Shown here one piece after another: positions 11,626-23,649 of a DNA stretch of 64,000 nt. This DNA is from Squalus acanthias. Taxonomy: Eukaryota. Within the stretch, counting starts at the first letter, position 1. Each line of letters opens with the position of its first letter. The position numbers and the translations under genes were made by a program. Location: contig CM059432.1 of NCBI GenBank assembly GCA_030390025.1, positions 138,696,001-138,760,000 of the forward strand, read 5' to 3'. The notes beneath the pieces are model-generated. The model made no database searches. It had not been told where the DNA came from and saw only the letters and a program-made list of their open reading frames with translations.

Positions 11626-12473
11626 AAAACTCTACACACATCTGGCAAGCAGACTGATGTGTCCGCCAAACTTGAACTTGTTGCAGAGAGTGTATAGGAG
11701 CATTGTCATGGTTACCAGCCTACTCACAATATGATTACTAATAAATTATATTCATTTTGCTATCAGTGGTTAAGAGGCAATGGAGGTACAGAACTTTGAA
11801 TCCTGAGCCCGAAATTCACTCTGCAAAAGGTACCAGTCACAGCCAGTTACTTTACACATTAACTGAAGTGACAAGGTTTAGATTTGCTTGCATAACTGAA
11901 TCGGAAGACCAATGGGATCCCCATACAAAGTTTTCCATTTAAAAAAAAATAATTGGTCAGTGCTAATCCTTTTGTCCAATCACCTGGAATTTCACCACTA
12001 CAGCAGATGATATCATGGTTAATAATTATTTGGGCTGCAACACCAATCCGCAACAACAGTGTTTAACTATTTCCCGACCAAGATGAAACAGTCCCAGAAC
12101 TTTCTGCACTTTGCTCAACATCGCATTGCTTGAAGGGTTTGTCTGCAGGACATTAATACAAGACAAGACACTATAATTGCACACCTACTTTCCAGAGCAA
12201 CTCAATCATCTGAATCATTATTATTCTGGACAACGGTTTTTAGAGCACTCCAGTTCCAATTCTACACTTTTATTGGAATAGTTAAAACTGAAGATGACAA
12301 AGTGAGAATCAAGGTCCAAAAGGAACATGGGAAACTTTGTTGTGTAATCTTAATGGAGTGTAAATCTATACTGAGGAATGGAAAACTGCACCCTGTCCCC
12401 AATCAATGGTTTCAATTTCAAAAGAAGATACTGACATAATCACCCTTACCCCACCTGAAAAAAACCCAGCTCA

Positions 12474-12794
12474 AGAAAGATAAAAAGACTTGTATTTAAA
12501 GCGCTTATCAGCCAATGAAGTACTTTTGAAGCGTAGTTACTGTAAATGTAGGTAATGCGACAGCCATTTTGCGCACATCAAGGTCCCACAAACAGCAATG
12601 TGATCATGACCAGATAATCTGTTTTTGTGATGTTGGTTGAGGGGATAACTATTGGCCAGGACACCAAGGAGAAATCCCCATCTCTTCTTCGAAATAGTGC
12701 CATGGGATCTTTATATCCACCCGAGAGGGCAGACGGGGCTTCGGTTTACCGTCTCATCCAAAAGACGGCACCTCCGACACTGCAGTACTCCCTC
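12474..12794 (-). mobile_element. DeuSINE lacking head
   Basis: Deu core plus tail. Confidence 0.8.
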
Positions 12795-13269
12795 TGAAAA
12801 ATGGCTGATTGTAACAATATTACCTCACTTGACCATGTTTTGAGGCTTCATGCAGATTATGGAAGGACCTCAGTGTGCTTGATCCTGAATCTGACCTCCG
12901 TCTCAAACAATGTAATTTATTTGGTGCTCTTTTAATTTTTATTTTTTTCTGCCACCTTAGGTCCATAAAGCATCCTAACATCGCTTTAAATTGAAGGAAA
13001 AATGAATTATCCTGTGTATAGCAGAAGTACATCAACAGGAACATCCAATTATGAGCAGAACATTTCCTTTAAACAAACATTGCATATTACATGGAAATAT
13101 TGCGATTAAATAAATGTTCCTTTCAAATAAATAGCATGTTAATTAACCAACACGCAGTGTATTATAAATATAGACTTTATTTTAATACTTTGTGTACACG
13201 GAGAGATTTTATTCAGTTTTGCTCAAATTGGAAGTCAGAATATATTTTGAGGATTCAGAATATATGTAT

Positions 13270-13660
13270 AGAAGATTAAAGGGCAATCTAATTGAGATGT
13301 TTAAGATGATTAAAGGAGTTAACAGGGTAGAGGGAAGCTATTTCCTCTGGTGGGGGAGTCCAGAACAAGGGGGCATAACCTTAAAATTAGAGCCAGGCCG
13401 TTCAGGGGCAATGTCAGGAAGCACTTCTTCACACAAAGGGGAGTGGAAATCTGAAACTCTCTCCCCCGCCCAAAAAAGCTGTTGAGGCTGGGGGGGTCAA
13501 TTGAAAATTTCAAAACTGAGATTGATAGTTTTGTTAGACAAGGGTATTAAGGGTTACAGAACCAAGGTGGGCAAATGGAGTGGATATACAGATCAGCCAT
13601 CTTCTAATTGAATAGCAGAACAGGCTCGAGGGGTTGAATGGCCTACTCTTGTTCCTATTT
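13270..13660 (+). mobile_element. CR1 3' fragment
   Basis: RRLKGNLIEMFKMIKG...aggaagcacttcttcacacaaagg...3' UTR. Confidence 0.8.
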
Positions 13661-13868
13661 TGGATAAAATGGAATCTTGGTGTACCTAGGCCTGTAGGGT
13701 TAATTACGAGAAGAGATTTTTTTTGGGCAACAATTATCATAAACCAAAAGTTTTATTAATCATCTCAGGTCCTCTTTAGTATTGAGATTTCACCTGTTGC
13801 AGGATTGTGAGATCAAAATGATTAATCTTACAATGTAGTTTATACATTTTGCTGTACAGTACAGTGTT

Positions 13869-14371
13869 TCATAGAATCACACTGTACGGAAGGAGGCCAT
13901 TCGGCCCATCGTGCCTGTACTGGCTCTTTGAAAGAGCTGTCCAATTAGTCCCACTCCCCCTGCTCTTTCCCCCATAGTCCTGCAAATTTCTCCCCTTCAG
14001 GTATTTATCCAATTCTCCACTGAAAGTTACTATTGAATCTGCTTCCACCGTCCTTTCAGGCATTGCATTCCAGATCATAAAAACTCGCTGCAAAAAAAAA
14101 GTCTCCTTAACTCCCCTCTGGTTCTTTTGGCAATTACCTCAAATCTGTGTCCTCTGGTAACTGCCCCTCCTGTCAGTGGAAACAGTTTCTCCCTATTTAC
14201 TCTATCCAAACCCTTTAAAATTTTGAACACCTCTCTTAAATCTCCCCTTAACCTACTCTGCTCGAAGGAGAACAATCCCAGCTTCTCCAGTCTCTGAAGT
14301 CCTTCAGAACTGAAGTCCTTCATCCCTGGTACCATTCTAGTAAATCTCCTCTGCACCCTCCCCAAGGCCTT
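13869..14371 (-). mobile_element. CR1 3' fragment
   Basis: RVQRRFTRMVPGM...LEKLGLFS...RGDL...TRGHRF. Confidence 0.85.
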
Positions 14372-14549
14372 GAGAGATCAAGAATGATTAGTAGTGCGTG
14401 ATGTATCATTTAATTTCTCTGCACGGAATGTACATTTCATGGTGCTTTCTTTTTATTTTGCAGTCTGTTCTAAAAGCTTCCCTTCCACCTCACCACCACT
14501 GTATGAACGAATTTCCTCCGGACCTTTTTCCTGCATGGCTTTTTTCCAT

Positions 14550-15690
14550 ATGCGGGGGGAGAACTGCTCCGTCTGGTCACTACAAGCAGTGAAATCGTAA
14601 ATATATTGGAATTTGCGATCAGCGGCGAAGTGACGCCGATCGCCGCTGACCTCGAAGAAAGCTGCCCACAAAGATCTCACGATCTCTGGTGAAAATTTTA
14701 GCTTTCTCGACCTTAATTTGACTGTAGCGCTGACAAAAGGGGATCTCCAGCATACAGCAGCAGTGATGCCATCGAGCTTTCTAATCAGCCAATCACTTTG
14801 AAGAATTCGCACAGCAAACCAGGAAATAAAAAACTTTAAAAAAAAATTACAGTGAGCAAAATAAAGATTGGGATATACACATGGGGTTAAGGTAGAAGCT
14901 GAAATATCTTAAACAAACTTAAAAAAATATATATTTTTTATTATTTTAAAAATCTACTGATTTTTTTTTATCATAATGTAGAAATTTGACATTCCACAAA
15001 TATAAAATTATTTTTCAGGGCCAGAACGGTTGTTCAGCAGTCAATACGCCATTAAAACCCCAGTTACGCCTCTATCAACAAGGCTTAACTTTTTATCGGG
15101 TGCTTAACAGTGATATTAGAGCGTAAAAGGGGACGTCTTCGTCAGTTCAAGTGGTTTCACTGATGGCTGGCTCTGGGGAGTTCAACAGTGCAGCCTGTGG
15201 CGGAGCAGGGAATGACTAACCGGTTGTGGTGGTTGGTGGTCAATCATCACAGCCCCAGGACATCGCTGCGGGAGCTCCTCAGGGCAGTGTCCCAGGCCCA
15301 GCAATCTTCAGCTGCTTCATCAATGACCTTCCCTCCATCATCAGGTCAGAAGTGGGGATGTTCGCTGATGACTGCACAGTGTTCCGCGCCATTTGCAACT
15401 CCTCAGATAATGAAGCAGTCCATGCCCGCATGCAACAAGGCCTGGATGACATTCAGGCTTGGGCTGATAAGTGGCAGGTAACAGTCGCGTCACACATCTC
15501 ACTCTGTTCAGGATGCCAGATCAGAAAATGAGCAGAGCAAGACTCAGACCTACGGTTGCGGCAATGAATGATGGCACACGGGCCACTGGGCAATGCGACT
15601 CCGATGGTACCGTCAATCAAGAGAGAACGGCCCGAGAAGATTCCGAACATCAGCAAACCCTGAAACCAAACTAATGCCAGACATTTGTTG
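14550..15690. mobile_element. Degenerate non-autonomous DNA element related to 42485-43211, containing a LINE RT fragment
   Basis: Shares internal blocks (ccaatc..., gggccaga..., ttaaaa...ttacgc...cttaactt) with the 42.5-kb MITE; termini not resolved. Confidence 0.4.
15221..15495 (+). mobile_element. Internal RT fragment of a CR1/jockey-group LINE
   Basis: AGAPQGSVPGPAIFSCFINDLP...MFADDC...WADKWQV. Confidence 0.85.
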
Positions 15691-16675
15691 ACCTGAACAA
15701 TGTATCGCGCTACGTTTTTTGACTGCCCGTTGCAGAACCCATCTGAATTTTATCCTACTAAAATTAGTGTAATGAAAATCGGGCGGGTTCTATAATGAGT
15801 AGGCGATACACTGCACCAGATTACCAGCTGGTGAAGGTGAAAGGTACCCCCATTCTCTCTAGTTATTGAAAGAAATGTATGTATAACTTTCGGTATCTGT
15901 TAAACAGGTGGTACACTTAATGTGGCAGAGGTTGTAGGATGTGGGCACAATGATAGCAAAGGTGATAATGAAACGGGAGCTGCTGATAGAGCATCTGAGA
16001 CTCCTACTATGGTAACTATAGTCCCTACCCCCTACCTCATGCAGGTTGCAATGATATACAGTACATATTGCTTGCCACTGGTGGTATTGAAATGTAAGAT
16101 ATACACCTTGTGACTGTATTAAAGTATTTATATATTTACAATTAGTGCTCCTCAGCTTTTACTCAGTTAGAATAAAGTACTTTGAATTCTGGCACTATTT
16201 AGAAGCTGTACAGTAAATGAGCAGCACACAAACATAGGGTAAACATTAACTGTAAGATTTTAATTATCAGCTATGCAGTTCGAATACAGTACTAACAGCT
16301 GCTGTTAGCCAAATAATGGCAGATGCTCATATATATTTAAAGGGAAGTCTCTAGACTGCATCTGCAATTTTTTTCCCCTCAAAAAAATGTATGTTTTGCA
16401 ACTTAATAAGCTGTCTGCCCATTTTGCATTATTTAAATTTCCGAAATTACTTTCATGAGCTCTTTGTGTCACACCCAATTCACACTGTTTCTCAAGAAGC
16501 ATCGCCATAAATTGTACACAGTAGTCTGATAGCCACATAGTAATAGATGCTATTAGTCAAAGCATTTGTGTGTGCACAGTATTTAATACATAGTAATGTC
16601 TTAATAAGAGAGCGAGATACATACACACCGAATATTGTGTGTGGACATTCCTGCCACAAAGATATGTATTTTTGA

Positions 16676-17162
16676 GGGGGAAGGGAGAGAGGGAGGGAGA
16701 GAGGGAAGGAGGGAGAGAGGGAAGGAGGGAAGAGGAAAAAGAGGAGAAGGAGGAGGAGGGGGAAGAGGAAGAGGCGGGGGAAGAGGAGGAGGAAGAACAA
16801 GAGGAAGAGGAGGAGTAGGATGAGGTAGAGGTGGTGGAGGGGAGATGGGGAAGAGGAAGTGAAGGAGGAGGAGGAGGAAGAGGAAGAACAAGAGGAAGAG
16901 GAGGAGTAGGATGAGGTAGAGGTGGTGGAGGGGGAGGAGGGGGAGGGGAAGAGGAGGAGGAAGAACAAGAGGAAGAGGAGGAGTAGGATGAGATAGAGGT
17001 GGTGGAGGGGGAGGAGGGGAAGAGGAAGTGAAGGAGGAGGAGGAAGAGGAAGAACAAGAGGAAGAGGAGGAGTAGGTAGAGGTGGTGGAGGGGGAGGAGG
17101 GGAAGAGGAAGTGAAGCAGGAGGAGGAGGAAGAGGAGGAAGAGGTGGAGGAGAAAGAAGAAG
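16676..17162. repeat. Polypurine GA-rich compound minisatellite
   Basis: Recurrent unit gaggaagaacaagaggaagaggaggagtaggatgaggtagaggtggtggagggg, about 4 copies plus (gga)n. Confidence 0.9.
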
Positions 17163-18639
17163 CTGGCTTGTTCTCTCACACTATATGTGAACTCAGAAGG
17201 AAAAGCGGAAAACACGACTGTAAAATGCACATATTATTATGATGCTCCCAGTTAATAAAGCAGAACGTTGATCAGGATCAAAAGTGATCAGAGTTTGTAC
17301 CAGGGCGAGTCGTTCGTTCATTTTTTTCCTTTAGAAAGGACCATTTTTTTCCATCATCAGTAAAGTTAATCGTTACTAATGAGACTTCGCTACATAACGT
17401 CATCATCTCGTCTGCCATTATCTTTTCAGGATCAGTTGCTTTCATCAGAAAACTTCCTCCTGCCAAGATTTTTTTTTTTGGCCAGGGTATCAAATCCTTC
17501 TATTTTCTCCTCAGCGACCCTCGGTCATTCATCACCAAGTCAGTAAAGGGCCAGTGGTGACGCGGAGGCATATCGTAATGTGATTCCGAGCAGTCGGCTG
17601 ATTCTCCTTGCCGCCTCCCCCCCTAGGGAAAGCAGGTGAGTCACTTAGTCCACAATAGTGCAACTGAGATCAACAACTCACTGGTGGGGCGGGGGGTGCA
17701 GTCAAACGCGTGACTCCCGCCGATGTGGGCGGGGCAGGAAGCTGATGATCCCATTCCCCAAAACCAAATCGTTGGGACGCAAGACTTCATAAACGGTAAA
17801 ACAGTGATACATTTTTTTTTGAAACATGTGCAAAATGAGCTGATCGGAAGAAAATGTAATGAAGACACACTGTTTCTTAATTCATTATTCAAATATTTTC
17901 AGTGACACTGACAGCAATGTTTGAAAATTAATTTTCATCAGGCACATTTGCTGTGAAATGCAATTAGTATAAAATACTTTCCCCCATGCAAATTGCAAGG
18001 AGTTTTTTTTCCTTTTTGCTCCTGATAATTCTGTCTCTTATTGATGAAGCGGTGGTTCATTTGAGTGCTATCTGTGGGATCTTGATGTGCACAAATCTTT
18101 GCTGCGTTTGCCTACATAACAAGAAGTCACTGCATTTCAAAGTATTTTACCGTAGATGAAGTGTTCTGAGAGGTATAAGGTGCGATATAATTGTAAGTTA
18201 TCCTTAATAGGTTCAATTTCCATCCTGTATCTCTATTCACCTGAAATATTTTGAATCCCTGCCTATTGTCCCATAAAACGCTGACAACATTTTCAGAAAT
18301 ACATATTACTTATCATTTATACCAACACCAGGAGAGTTATCTACTGTATGTGGGATGCAAAATTTCTTCAACTAACATGAGATAACAACCTGCCCAGAAC
18401 TATTTTTCCACCAGCCATCGGCAGCTGTAAAATAATCGAACAAACAGCTGTGGGTGGCACTCAGCACTAGCGAGCGCCAACTGTAACCATAGTAACTCAC
18501 GCCTAATCACTGCCCAACTTCACAGTGATTCACTCGGTGCAAGTAAAGAGTCCAGCACACCAGTCAAACTTTCCCCAACTGAATTGTAAGTTTACATTTT
18601 TAACAAAATATCATGAAAATGGAACACTAAAAGGGTGAA

Positions 18640-19285
18640 ATTATGAGGGCAGCTTGCATAAACTAGGCTTGTATTCCCTTGAGTACTGAAGATTAAGGGG
18701 TTCTCTAATTGAGGAGTTTAAGATGATTAAAGGAGTTGATAGGGCAGACAGAGAGAAACTATTTCCTCTGGTGGGGGGAGTCCAGAACAAGTGGGAGTAA
18801 CCTTAAAATGAGAGCTAGGCTGTTCAGTGGTGATGTCAGGAAGCACTTCTTCACACAAAATCTGGAACTCTCTCCCTCAAATTGTCCTGGCCAATACTTA
18901 TCCCTCAACCAACATAACAAAAAAACCCAGATTATCTGGTCATTATCACATTGCTGTTTGTGGGAGCTTGCTGTGCGCAAGTTGGCTGCCGCGTTTCCTA
19001 CATTACAACAGTGACTCCACTTCAAAATTATTCATTGGCTGTAAAGCGCTTTGAGACATCCGGTGGTCGCGAAAGGCGCTATAGAAATGCAAGTCTTTCT
19101 TTTCTTTCAAAAAGCTGTTGAGGCTGGGGGTTAATTGAAAATTTCAAAACTGATATTTTTTATGCAAGGGTGCTAAAGGTTAGGGAACTAAGGTGGGTAG
19201 ATGGAGTTAAGAATCAGATCAGCCATGATCTAATTGAATGGCGGAACAGGCTCGAGGGGCTGAATGGCCTGTTCCGATGTTCCTA
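18640..19285 (+). mobile_element. CR1 3' fragment with nested DeuSINE 3' half (18883-19106)
   Basis: CR1 sequence stops at tctctccctc and resumes at caaaaagctgttgaggc after the SINE tail. Confidence 0.8.
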
Positions 19286-19704
19286 ACACGTATATTGGTT
19301 ACATAGCGTAATGTATAGGAATATGTTGAATATACTTATTCCACTCACGGAGGAGAAATGGATGGCTCATGGGCATCAAAGCAGTCTCCTTTACGCATTA
19401 TATTCAATAACTATCTATGCACAATCCTCCAAGTACCATTATCACATTGGAATGACTTTTTGTCACTTTAGACTTATGTTGTGTTTTGAGATGTAAAACA
19501 GAAAGAAACAATGGGAATCTACTTCAGTGTCCTGTGCAATAACAGGGCTCCAATTCTTGATAAACACCAAGGTGTCTTCTTACCTGAACATTTCTATACT
19601 CTAATACATAATAAATACAAATTTCTGCCTTTCTCAACTGGGTTTACAGACTTCCCCTAGGCTGACTGCAAATGACATTTGTAACGACAGTCGAACTAAA
19701 AAGA

Positions 19705-19900
19705 ACACAAAATGCAAAAAAATCTGAAATAAAAACAGAAAATGCTGGAAAAGCATAACAGGCTGGTCAGCGTCTGAAAGACAAAGTTAGGTCAACATTT
19801 CAGGTGAGACACTTCATCAAAGTGCCTTGATACAAGGTCACAATCAAAATGGTAATTGCTCCTTTTCTTTCACTTGGTGAATGTCTTGATTTCGGTCTCT
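19705..19900. mobile_element. Old degenerate Penelope terminus, possibly palindromic
   Basis: tctgaaataaaaacagaaaatgctggaa...catttcagg...cttcatca, similar to 26137-26236. Confidence 0.5.
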
Positions 19901-20251
19901 TCTGGTTTTTCATACTTGTAACCAGCCTCAGTCTTAACTGCAATTGATCAACACACCCGTACACATGCTTTATTTACTAGGGCCACGAATTTAACTGAGG
20001 AGGCGGCTTGGAGTTGGGTTGCCTGGTGGGCGTGGTCCGGACCCGCTGCCGGCTGCAGCCGCTCCCAAATTGTAATTTTAATTTAATTGGCCCCTTAAGT
20101 GCAGTGGTGCGCGCTGGCTGGTCCAATGACTGGGATCGGATCTGTTAGTCGCCTCCGATGACGTCATTGGTGTAGATGTTTTTAAGGGTCCCATGCAGCC
20201 TCAGCCTTTCATTTCTTGATTCTGCTGGTGTCTGCATGTGGCAAGGCCACA

Positions 20252-22162
20252 ATGAGTGCATCAAAATCTAAGGCTGCTCCACGTTTCAATGATGACTCCC
20301 TCCAAGCTCTTGTGGAGGGAGTAAGAAGGCGCAGGGAGATTCTGTTCCCTCCCGATGCCCGGAGGAAGCCTCCTCAGCAAACCAAGGCAGCCTGGCTGCA
20401 CATTGCTGAGGAGGTAAGCGCAAGGTCCATTTGTTCACGCACCTGGACCCAGTGCTGGAAACGGTTTAATGATCTTCTGCGATCAGCAAAAGTGAGTATC
20501 CCATCACACTTACCTTCAATCTGCTTCCCTTCTCTTCTCATCACCAGCACTCTGCTTTATAAGCCTGCTCCTCCACATCCCTCCTTACCCTTACTTCCCT
20601 TGCACCCTTACCTATCCCTCTCTCTCTGTACTGAATCACTTCACCATCCTACTATGCACCCCTCACACTCGCTCTCACCGTTATGCAATGACAACAACTA
20701 CCAACGCACAGGGAGCTAGCTTCCTCTTGGCACCTCACTCCATCTTCGTCTCCCTCTAACCTTCTATGTTATGGATTCTTCACAGTCACTCCATCAGTCT
20801 CGCTGAAACTCCACTTGTGTCCCTCCTTGCAGGAAAAGATAGCCCACAATAAGAGGGAGAGAGCAAAGACAGGAGGAAGCACACCATCCATCGCTACATC
20901 GACAAGTGCTGAGGAGGCTGCGCACGAGATCGTTGGAGGTGGCGAGGAGCTGGAAGTGGGGGACGGAGAGACGGGCATACTAGACAATGCTGGTGACAGA
21001 ATAGAGTTTCATCCCTCTCATTTAGATTTCACGATTGACTGCAGTGGCATCTGATGTTCATAGAGATTCACTTTGTATCATCTGCAGAAAAGGATGTGTC
21101 TGCTACCTAAAAATCAGATGTCTAACTCATGCCTTTACTCTCCCACAGGACCATCGAGAGCTCCCCTCTGCACTGTCCAGGAGGAAGAGCCGGACGACTC
21201 CTCAGACAAACCTGCAGCCTCTGAGGGAGCAGCGTCACCAGGACTCGGCGCACCCAGCACCAGCGCAGAGACGCACACCTTGGTGGGACCTTCGCCACAT
21301 AGAGTTGTGTTGTCACCTGGTGTATCACAGCTCACAAGTGAGCATCAGCAGATGGTGGAGACAGCGACAGCAGTGGAGGGTCCTCGTCGGAGGTCGCAGG
21401 ATTCTCCTAGTTCTGCTCAGCTGCATGCAGACGCTGTGCCTCTGGGGCCATCCAGAAAGAGAGTGGTGCTGGAACTTCAGGAACAAGTGCAGGAGTCTCC
21501 GATAGGGTTTGCAACCACGGTGACTGCGAGTGTGCAGAGAATGGAGGAGTCCATCTCTAACATGAGCACTGCCTTTGTGGAGGCAATGGCGCATGAACGT
21601 TCTGTCGTGGAGGGTGGCAACCGCCATGGAGGACATAAGTCGCCAGTCTCACGAAAACATGGTGACTTTTCAAAATAGATTGTCTGCTATGGAGGAGAGA
21701 TGGGCATCTATAGAGGAGAGACATCAGAGCTTCATGGATGTCCTTGCTATGAGGACTGTCAGTACAGAGACGGGTCCTCATGGTCCCCCTGATGTGTAGC
21801 AAGGTGCTCTCCAGCCACTTGCTAGCACTGAAGTGCGGCTGACCCATGAGAAGGATGTTGGTGGCAGGCAACAAGGAAGTGTGGCCTCCTCTTCAAGCGC
21901 TCACACGACCATGCCACTGCAGAGCCCTTGGTCAGAGACCCACATTCCACACCCAACTGAGATGGCCGTTTCAGCCCCTGCACAGCTGCAGGAAGAGCAG
22001 ACTGTTGCAGAGCCCTCCCAGGCTCCCAAATCCAGAGGACGCCCGCCAAAGGTGTCTAAGCAGGCGCAGCATCAAAGTGAGCAAGGTGCCTCTACATCTG
22101 CTGAAGCCACAGGGGAAGCATCACGTAGAAGCACGCGTAAGATGAAGATAAAGCACAAATAG
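20252..22162 (+). pseudogene. Harbinger Myb/SANT-like accessory protein gene, 3 exons (20252-20491, 20833-20992, 21149-22162)
   Basis: MSASKSKAAPRFNDDSLQALVEGV...W..IAEEV...RTWTQC.KRFNDL | EKIAHNKRERAKTGG. GT-AG introns in phase 0 and phase 1 at the same positions as in the 62.5-kb copy. One frameshift near 21610 and an in-frame TAG at 21797-21799. Confidence 0.88.
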
Positions 22163-22448
22163 TCACAAGGTGTTTTGTTCTGTTGCCTTTTGTTCTGTTT
22201 AATATTTGCCTTTGTCATCCTTTTGTGAATGCATAAAAAAAAGTGATGGCAAACAGTTGAAGTTCTGGCCTATGTGTTCTGGGAAATGGAAGTTGCACAT
22301 TGAGGGTTCAGGGTTACTTGCATTTGTAATGATGATGGTGAAAGTGATAGGAAAGAACCGTTTATTGCAGAGATGATGTATGGCGTTTTAGGAAGGTCGT
22401 CTACACATTCATAGCCATATAGTAGCCACCTGTGGTTGAAGAGTAAGC

Positions 22449-23275
22449 TTACGCGAATCTGGCATGGATGAGTGCATCCCTTGCATGATGGCCAGCAATG
22501 AGCACGAGGGCTGCTGCATTGGTCACATCCGGACCTACCAGGCACGCCTCCTCCTCCTCTTCTTCCAAGGAGGCTGTGCGCTCAGCCACTTCTTCCTCAG
22601 GGAGCGCTAAGCCACGCTGCTGTGCAATGTTGTGCAGGGCACAGTAGACGACGATCATTCTGGACATCGTGGCTGGTGCATACTGTAGGGCTCCACCAGA
22701 TCTGTCGAGGCATCCGAATCGCATTTTGAGAAAGCCGATGGTTTGCTCTATGATGCTTCTGGTGGAAATGTGACTCACATTGTACCGCTCCTCAGCCTTG
22801 TTCGATGGCCTCCTCATGAGCCACTTTTTCAGGGGATAGCCCTTGTCGCCAAGTAGTCATCCAGAAAGTTGGATTGGCGGACTGAAGAGCTGAGGCACAG
22901 TAGACTGCTGCAGGATAAAGGAGTCATGCCAACTGCCAGGGTACTTTGCGCAAACATGCATGATGATCTTCCTGTGGTTACACACCAGCTGGACATGAAG
23001 GGAGTGGAGCCGTTGCGGTTGACAAAAACAGCTGGGTTATGATGGGGTGCCCTAATGGCCACATGTGTGCAGTCTACGACGCCCTGCACCCTTGGGAAGC
23101 CTGCCACATTTGCAAAGCCAACCGCACGCGCAGTTACACTTGCTTCATCCGTGGAGAAGTGGATGTAATTGTGCGCCTTTGCAAAGAGGGCATCGGTGGC
23201 CTGCGTGATGCAGGCGTGTGCGGCCGACTGGGAGATGCCGCTGATGTCTGCAGATGATCCCTGGAAGGAGCCCAA
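22449..23275 (-). pseudogene. Harbinger (HARBI1-like, DDE_Tnp_4) transposase, N-terminally deleted and frameshifted
   Basis: GSFQG...GISQS...[19 protein letters not shown]...FVNR; shifted frames give [11 protein letters not shown] and GDKGYP; then [27 protein letters not shown]...CALHNIA...[11 protein letters not shown]. Confidence 0.9.
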
Positions 23276-23649
23276 AGATTTCAGGACCACTTTTAAGCTG
23301 CTCGAGCAGCTGGCAACAATTCAGGTCCTAGCTCAACCCGGCTCGATTCACCTGGCGTGTTTTAATGAAGGCGGGCAGCATGGTGAAAAACTTCCAAAAT
23401 CAGATCAGCCCTTTAAAATAGGATTATCCAGGCAGTTAACGATCTGTTAACTGCCTTAACAGCCTGTCCTGCCGTTTGATGTCAGGTCAGTTCGGGAGCG
23501 GCTGACCCGACACTTCCCAAAGTCGCGTGGAGGCGGGTTCGCAGCCCGCCCCCAACAGACCCGCCTCCAAACCCGCCCCCTAAGCGCTATTAAATTTGCG
23601 GCCTAGGTTACTGATAGATTTACAAAAGAACAATTTTCTCCAATGCAGC

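Larger units (their letters stand above)
19981..23603. mobile_element. PIF/Harbinger DNA transposon, bounded two-gene element (defective)
   Basis: 14-bp imperfect TIRs GGCCACGAATTTAA / TTAAATTTGCGGCC; 3-bp TSD TAG (19978-19980 and 23604-23606); Myb/SANT gene (+) and DDE transposase (-) arranged tail to tail. Confidence 0.93.

Noticed and set aside
15700..15852. Imperfect palindrome (agaacccatctgaatttt / aaaatcgggcgggttct) as a structured ncRNA
   Set aside because: Better explained as a remnant of a palindromic MITE like 56743-56956.
16676..17162. Regularly spaced repeats suggesting a CRISPR-like array
   Set aside because: No unique spacers, low complexity, vertebrate context and no cas genes.
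16492..17230. Three overlapping S/P/L-rich ORFs of 158-209 aa
   Set aside because: Artefacts of a stop-free polypyrimidine repeat.
22449..23290. Domesticated HARBI1 or MSANTD host gene
   Set aside because: Frameshifted, N-terminally deleted and enclosed by TIRs and a TSD, so a transposon copy.
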